Shown here: positions 56,380-64,000 of the stretch, piece by piece
How positions within the stretch are numbered: the first letter of the stretch is position 1
How the letters are laid out: each line of letters opens with the position of its first letter
Assembly (NCBI RefSeq): GCF_009914755.1
Contig: NC_060938.1
Source of the DNA: the human T2T-CHM13v2.0 reference genome, Homo sapiens
Strand: one strand, 5' to 3'
DNA: 64,000 bases
Position numbers and translations under genes: made by a program
The notes under the pieces: generated by a model
Told to the model about the DNA's origin: nothing
Seen by the model: the letters and a program-made list of their open reading frames with translations, nothing else
The model's database searches: none

Positions 56380-56870
56380 AGTGGGGTGGATATTGTGTGC
56401 CCTTTAAAAAAGCTTAGATGCCCTTTACTGGGCACAGTACACACCCCCCAGCTGCTATGAGTATTGACAGCAAATGCTTCCAGCTGCTCATTTTTTCCCT
56501 GGCTGACACGAGCTGCCTCACCTGAAGGTAGCCCACAGCAGGTAACTAATATGTGGGTTCAAAAGGCCATGTTGCCTCCAAGGGAGCCAACTCTGTGTTG
56601 TGACTTAGGCTCCCTCTGTAGATCAGGCCAAGGCTAGAGTTGACCTGAGATCCTGTTATTGCTCCGTGTCTTAGTCCATTCAGGCTGTGACAACAAAATT
56701 CCATAGACTGACTGGCTTCTTAAACAACAGAAATTTATTTCTCAGAGTTTTAGAGGGAAGGAAGGCCAAGATCATGACACCAGCAGATTTGGTATCTGGC
56801 AAGGGCCCACTTTCTTATTCATAAACAACTGTCTTTTTGCTTTGGCATGAAGTATCTCTCTGGAAGGTAT
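56380..56870. mobile_element. ERVL LTR fragment (LTR16-like) followed by an MLT1A-like fragment from 56667
   Basis: CCCCAGCTGCT...GAGCTGCCTCACCT..; TGTCTTAGTCCATTCAGGCTG. Confidence 0.55.
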
Positions 56871-57249
56871 CTCTGAAGAAGTCACATTGAAGACACAAGA
56901 GCCAACGAGGTAGAGGCAGAAGGGAAGAAGAGAGGATAACTAGTGAGAAGGCCATGAAGTGGGAAAGAGGTTAGCAAGCCGGAGCAACAGAGGCCAGTGT
57001 AAGCACAAGGGAAAAGAAAGGGATAAGATTAGGAAGCTGCTCAGAGACACTGGAGGTGTGGCTTATGCAAGAAAGGTGAGTAGGACTCTGTCAGCAAACC
57101 CTTACTCAAAGAGCCTGGTCCTAGCATTGAAAGATTAATGAATAATTCTACATTTAGGTAGTTTAGGTCAAAATATTACATTTAAAATGTATCCATTTTT
57201 ATGATTCTCAATTTTAACAAAATTTTCAATTAAACAACTACCCGTTGCA

Positions 57250-58262
57250 GTTTTCAACAGATAAGAGGCCTCTGATTCTATCCCATCATATGGATGTACT
57301 ATAATCTACTTACTGCTTAAGGATGAGCTTGCTGAATAGTGAAAAAAAGAGAATAAAATCAAATAAACTTATTGTTGCCAGTCCTTCACGTAACGAATAG
57401 TGCTGCAATGAATAACTTTGTGCATCTTTGTACAGTTATTTGAGTAAGCCTGTAATTTTATAAATATAGAATTTCTGAGAGAGAATCCGTATTTTTCATT
57501 TTAAACAAATATTGCCAAGTTGTTCCTGAAAGTATATACCAATTTATACCCCACTTATAGCAAATCTTACTGGGCACTTTATCAATCAAATAGGCAAAAA
57601 ATATCTCACTAAAATCTCATTTCTGATCAAACTGGCGAAAAAGTGCTTTATTTTACATTTTTTAAATTATGGAAGAATATTTTTATTTGCCTGTTGGCGA
57701 TTTGTGTTTCTTCTATTATGAATTCCTAATTCATGACTCCTTTTTTATCCTTCTGTTGACTTCTTTGTCTTCTGTTAACTTGTGAGCCCTCTTTGGTTAT
57801 CATGAATATTAGCCATTCATCTGTCACATGTGATCGAAATATTTTCCCCATTGTTGGTCTTTGACTTTGCTTATGTTATGTTTTAGATTTCTAGGTATTA
57901 AAATTACTTTTCTAGGAAAGCCTCTACGTTTTATTTCATGCTTGGAAAAGCCTGTACACTGAAGATTAGAAAGCCTCTTACCTGTGTTTTCTCTAAAATA
58001 TTTATGGTTTAATTTTTTACATTTGAATTCACTTGGAATTAATTTGGTATGAGAAGGTAAGAATTCAGCTGATTTTCCAAAAGTCTAGCCAGTTGTCCCA
58101 AAATGATTTGTTGAATAATCTGTATTTTCCCTACCAATATGAAATAAAATTTTATCAAATATTAATGACTTTTATATACATGGTTCTATTTTTAGGCTCA
58201 CAATTACATTTCATGGACATATCTATTACTACACCAGGACCACATTGTTTTAATTACTGCAT
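57250..58262 (-). mobile_element. Old L1M fragment
   Basis: GCTGCAATGAATAAC..., ATATTGCCAAGTTG..., TTTTTACATTTGAATTC..TTGGAATT. Confidence 0.7.
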
Positions 58263-60240
58263 GAAAATGCTTTCTTTATACCTGCCTTTCCTGGGCTGTT
58301 CTCATTGCCAAGTTTTAATGGTTATTTATTTGTTTTATCTCCCAAGTGGGCCTAAGTTCCTTTAGAGCAGGAACTGTTGGTTAAGCATTTTTATAGCCTC
58401 GACAACTTGGCTGAATATTTATTTTTCTTAGTAGCTTTCCATCCTGCTTTTCCACCCCATGGTGATTTGCACAGAGTAATCACTCATTTATTAAATTTTA
58501 AGTGTTAAAGAAGAAACAGCAAGATATTCAAAGAGATAGAAAATAAAAAGGCTGAATTCATGAGAGGCTGAAACAGACAGCACTACTGGTAGTAATGGAA
58601 GGCAACTTGAGTGATAAGTAGCCCAAACTGAGATGTCAGTCTGTCCAGAATAGCACCTGTGTTATTTGTGTCATTGAATCAGCCCTGGTACTTGGTCAAG
58701 TGCTCTAGTCAGCAGATCTTGGAGACTGAAGGAATGACTGCCTTGATCATCTAACTCTGTAACACCAGCGTTGAGAGCGGACCACCATTGCCTCACTCCT
58801 TTCTCAAATAATGGCTGTCACTCTAAAATACTGTGAAAGATTTGGCATACACAAGCCTAATCATTCTGAGGAGCTCTCTCCATTTCAAAGGAGCCATGAG
58901 AGTGTTGATGAATTGCCTCTGTTAGGAAACTATACATTTATTCCAATGATTCCACCATCGACCAAAAAGTTTTACTGGCATTGCCTTCAGAGCCTGGGGA
59001 TAATCCACATGTAAGAGGATTTGGGGTTAAAGCTGCCAGCTGAGAGTTAAACTCCCAAAACTAACACAGAATCATTTTCCAAAATTTGCATTCATGTTAA
59101 ATTGTTAAAATTGTGCATTTCCAGTCATGTAGAGATTGATTCTGGAGGTTGGAATAGATTTGAATATGTATGTCTAACAAGCACCCCACGTGATTATCAG
59201 TTTGGGAAATACTAACATAACAGATTGGATTAATCTAGGTAGAAATGGGTTATCTCAAAGACTTATGAAACACAGGAGTCCAATTAAGTTAATTCAGGTG
59301 TATCCTTAAAACTAGAATATAACTAAAGAAAAACAACTTATTTATACTGAAATGTATTTTTTAAAACAAAACAAAACAAAAAACCCTGGGCTAATAGAAG
59401 AGTACGGTGCTTGACTCAAGTCTAAAAGAACAACAACAACAAAAAAAAACAGAAAAATGGATCAGTACTGCTACAACGAATGAAGGACTATACAGACCAG
59501 CCAAAACAAGTTTTCAGCTTCCCTTTGATAAGAGAATTTCAGAAAACTTCTGGCAGTGGCAGTTTCTAGAATTAAGTGTAACTTAATATAATTAAGTATA
59601 TTAATGTATTCTTAAGTATATAAGAAGAATGACAACTTCAAAATATAAAACTCATAGGAATGTAGATGTTTCAACATGGATTACTTTTGAAAGGGCTTAT
59701 TAGTTTTAAGCCTTTAAGCATTAATATTTAAGAATTAGCTTTAAGGCTTATGTAGCTCTGAATATAATTTGGTTTGTGACTTTGGGCAAGTCACTTACCT
59801 CTCTGGGCCTCTAATTCCTGCCTGTAAACTGAGGAGGTTAGATTGTTTCTGAGCGCAGATGATCTGTAGGCTCTCCTGTAAGTCTCATATTTGGTTGTAT
59901 GACTTCACCATCTCTACCTAATGCACACACAGGGACCCCAGCTGCTGATATTGGCCTGGAATCTCTTGGCCTCACATCCTCCAGTCCTTCCCTAAGACAA
60001 GCCCTGCCTGTGACTCAGCCTGAGGATATAAGCAGAGGAGGCAAACTGCTACAGAAAACACAGGCTCCTCTCCAGATCGCCGCGTGGTCTCTGACGGGTT
60101 TTCTGGTCTGTGTTCTAGTTACATGGGTTTCAAATTATTCCTTCCTTTCCAATGGGTATTATCCCTTACCCATCTGCTGGACAAGCAATGTGTGGCTTAG
60201 AAAAGTCCCCAAGGTAGAAGATGAAATGTAATTTTCTATT

Positions 60241-60382
60241 CTCTCTCTCTCTTCTTTCTTTTGTAGAGGCAGGGTCTCTCTATGTTGCCCAAGCTGGTCT
60301 TGAACTCCTGCGCTCAAACAATTCTCCTGCCTCGGCCTCCTAAACTGCTGGGATTTACAGGTGTGAGTCACCACACCCAGCC
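60241..60382 (-). mobile_element. Alu left monomer (FLAM-like)
   Basis: Single monomer with a CT-rich tail. Confidence 0.87.
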
Positions 60383-60599
60383 TCTATCATCTCTCAAGGG
60401 TCTCTATTCACCAGTAATTATCCAGGCAAAGTCACTTGTCATTAAATGTCTCTAAAACAATGTTGTTATAAAAATGTGTTAAAAAAAAGTAAAAGAGAGA
60501 ATTGTGTCCTTTAAAAAAGAAGATAGCAATAAAGACGGAGATGAAGACAATAATAGAGAGAGATCTCTATGTATTAGGGATGTTAACCAAATACACCCA

Positions 60600-63378
60600 A
60601 TATACATAGAACTCTAAAAAATGGCATAAATGACTAAAAATTTGATAGTAAAATATTAACAGATAACTTACAGAAAAAATTTTAAAATCATGAACATGTA
60701 AAAAAAGGTGTTCCAAGACAAAATCAGTGAAATATAAATTAAAATAATACTGAAACAGATTTTTTTCTATCAAAGTTTATCAAGAATTAAAAAACTTAAC
60801 AAAACATTTTGTGGGCAAGGCTGTGCGGAAACAGTCACCTCATATATCCCTGCGGGAAACACAAAAATGGTACAATACTTATAGCAGGGAATTTGGCAAT
60901 ACCCAACTAAACTATCCTTTTGACTGGCAGTTCCACTTTCATGACTTCACCCAGTTACAACTGTATAATAAGAGAAGACATAGCAGTTAATCATAATAGC
61001 AATATTTGTGATTACAAACTTTTGGCAGCAACCTAAATTTTCATACATAAGAGAGTAATTAAACAATGGCACGTCCATTCAATGGAGTACAGTACAGCTA
61101 TAAAAAAGAAGAGGAAGATCTCTATGAGATGATATGGAGTGATTTACAGAAGATCACCCCAAGCTAAAATTAAAAAGTGGAGTATATTCTTTAATTTTTA
61201 AGCTAAAGTGAAGTGCAAAGAGTAAAGATGGTATGCTACCTTTTGTGTAAGAAAATAAAAATTAAATAAGAAAATATGCATGTATCTGCTTATTTTTGCA
61301 AAAGGGAACACAGAAAGAATAAATGAGGAACTAACTTTGGTTACCCATACGGTGTGAGTAAAAACAGGGTAAAAGGGATAGAGGAGGAAGTGAGAGATCT
61401 TGAAATATACTTTTCTGGTACCATTTTGGCTATGAAAGCATGTTACTATTTTATTTACTCAGTTTTACTTACTCAAAACCATAAAGTTAAACCAACAAAA
61501 ATGGAGGTAGGTGAGAAACCCAAAGTACAATACAAATGAGCCTTACATTCCCAAATGAATAAGTATACTGGAGAAAAATACCTAAATAACTTCAAAAAAA
61601 AGAGAGAGAGATAGAGACCTGCTCTGTCACCCAGGCTGGACTGCAGTGGCACCATCATAGCTCACTGCAGCCTGGAACTCCCGAGATCAAGCCTCCTGAG
61701 TAGTGGGACTATAGGTCCACACCCTAAATAACAGTCGAACTTAATATTTTGCTTATATAACCTTGATCTAAAGACAAAAAGAACTACAAACAAATGGTGA
61801 ACTATACTTTAGCATGTCCATTTTTCACAGTGGTATAGATGAATAATTCTGAAATTATTTTCTAGGCATGAAGAATTGGGCAAATAAATATTTTCAGGAT
61901 GTTGTGAACCAGGTCTCTCACTATTAGAGAAGGGAGATACAAATAAGGAGGGAGTAGGCTGTGAAAAATCTTGTACTGCTAGATTGAAACTGGATATAGT
62001 ATAAATTTATTATATATATATACACACACACACCCACACACACACACATATATATGGGGGTGTATGGGGGTGTGGGTGAGTGTGTGTGTTTCTTAATTCT
62101 GTGTGTTGAAAGGGCCTAGAAGTTTTGATATATCAGTAGCAGCAAGGACACCCAGCACCCTAATCTTGGTTTCTAAATACCATTCCCCACTACAAGGAAC
62201 TAGGGTTTCCTGGAGAAATGACTGATTCCAGAGCATGGCCAGAAAAAGTCCAAGAAGATATGGACTATCTTGTGTCAGAAAGGAAGCAAGTGCTCAACAA
62301 ATGATGGAGACATGTCAAATGAATGCAAGAACCAACTTAAAGGTGCTTCCATTGGTCAAATCTGAGACAATTGGAGCATCAAGATTAATAATTGTAGTAA
62401 TGGACAATAACCAACTAAAAAAATAAGAATCCACGAGTCCATACTGATAATTAATGATGCAGGTAACTGCTCCCTTACAACAGAATGTCAACTAATAAAT
62501 GTAGAAAAAATGATGGTGTTAGAAAAATCAACACGTTGTAACCATCATGGCAATAATTGATTTAGATAAGAATCATCAATAAATGATAGAACTAATGGCT
62601 AAAAATCTGATGAGGAATAGTTTATCTACATTGTGTCAAAATATCTCATCACAAATTATTTATTAATTACAAAGGGAAAAGTAGTAACTTTGCAGTGAAG
62701 AAATCTGGCAGATATTACCTTAACCAAGTAACCAAAGTCAGCATCAATAATGGGTCAAACTGATATCTAGTGTTTCCTGATGGGATGCGCTGGGAAGGAA
62801 ATGATATCACTGGTTTAAGATTCCTGTCAAAAATGAGTACATCATGAGGAAACATCAGAGAAACCCAAACTGAGGGCTAGTCTGGAAAATAAATGGTCTG
62901 TACTCTTAAAAAAAAAAAAAAAAGTCAATGACATGAAAGGCACGTAAAGCTCAGGAATCATTACAGATTATGCAAATTAAAAATCCATATAAATAAAGGT
63001 AATGCTTAATTCTGTATTGGATTTTGGACCAGAAAAGCAAAATTGCTAAAAAGAACATAATTGGTGAAAATTGAATAAAGTCTGTAGACGAGAAAATAGT
63101 GTTATGTCCACTTCAAAATTTCCTGATTTAATAACTGTGCTGTGGTTGTGTAAGTGAATATCCTTGTTCTTAGGAAATTTACAGTGAAGTATTTAGGGGT
63201 AAAGAGGCACAATGTGTGCAACACACTCTCAAATAGTTCAGAGAATAATAAAGCAAACAGGGCAGAATATTAACAATTAGCAATTCTCGGTGACGTGTAT
63301 ATGGAGATTTTTTTTTGAACTGTTCCAATTTTTCTCTAAGTTTGAAATTATATCAAAATAAAAGTTTTGTTTTTAAAA
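60600..63378 (+). mobile_element. L1MC-type element (L1MC4-like 3' region) with an Alu remnant at ~61612-61720 and a microsatellite at ~62010-62090
   Basis: GGGCCTAGAAG...CCCAGCACCC..ATCTTGGTTTCTAAATACCATT...GGAGAAATGACTGATTCCAG; ends TTTTTCTCTAAGTTTGAAATTA...AAAATAAAAGTT. Confidence 0.78.
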
Positions 63379-63447
63379 GAGAAATAAAAGCCATCACCTG
63401 GGCATCCCCCCAAGCCAACAGTGGAACCTGCTGGGTATTTTTCTTTG

Positions 63448-63479
<32 letters not shown>

Positions 63480-63814
63480 AGGAACTTGAGAATTACTGAG
63501 CTACAGGAAATCCCTATGATGAAAAGGCCACCTCCAGCAAGAGCCTGTCATGAAGAATTGCACCCTCCTGCCCCCAAGCCCTCAGGCCTCTGTCTCTGAG
63601 GTCACCAGTTGGCCCACTAATGTGTGATACCTCACAGAAGGGAAGAGAACATGTCAGATGTCCAACTCATCGCCATGACCCCAAACTGCTCATGACTTTG
63701 CTTTGCTGCAAAAAGATAGAGGGAAAAGTAGGGAACAATAATTTTTTAAAAAGACAGTCTCAAGAGTTGTCTGCACACGTGGCCAGGCTTGTTTTCCAGC
63801 TAGAAACCCCAGGG

Positions 63815-64000
63815 GTAGGACATGATGGTCCCCAGAGAGTACAGCTTGTGGGTTACAGAGTCATAACTAGGTTTAGTATCCTGGCTCTGCAACTTAATAG
63901 CTACTTAACTTTCTGAACCTGTTTCCTCATCTACCCAATGGACATAATTATGCCCACTTCATACAACTATGAAAAAAATAACATATGTATACAAACTCAC
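63815..64000 (+). mobile_element. MIR
   Basis: CTTAACTTTCTGAACCTGTTTCCTCATCTACCCAATGG. Confidence 0.75.

Overview
Human genomic DNA: about 30 Alus, including an AluYa5 that carries the five diagnostic positions of this human-specific subfamily. The window looks intronic or intergenic. I cannot support any protein-coding exon. The ORF track is explained by Alu, Tigger1, low-complexity or GC-rich sequence, or by chance. Much of the window is interspersed repeat (Alu, L1, L2, MIR, HAL1, MaLR/ERV LTRs, Tigger1, hAT MITEs). Non-repeat signals are a ~1 kb CpG island promoter at ~48.2-49.2 kb, a motif-dense element ending in a perfect minus-strand splice donor at 5779, and two enhancer-like clusters near 11.9 kb and 18.0 kb. 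I could not identify the gene and see no new multi-gene system. The most interesting observations are genome-dynamics scars: an L1PA2-type insertion with a 3' transduction of MER33-like sequence (36.2-36.5 kb), a complex templated insertion built from two local donors (3.7-4.0 kb), a TSD-less AluY joining two truncated MIRs (39.6 kb), an Alu-head fold-back hairpin (6.64 kb), and a ~780 bp purine-only VNTR at an internal deletion of Tigger1 (14.6-15.4 kb). Repeat family names come from recalled consensus sequences, not a RepeatMasker run, and the boundaries of old repeats are approximate.
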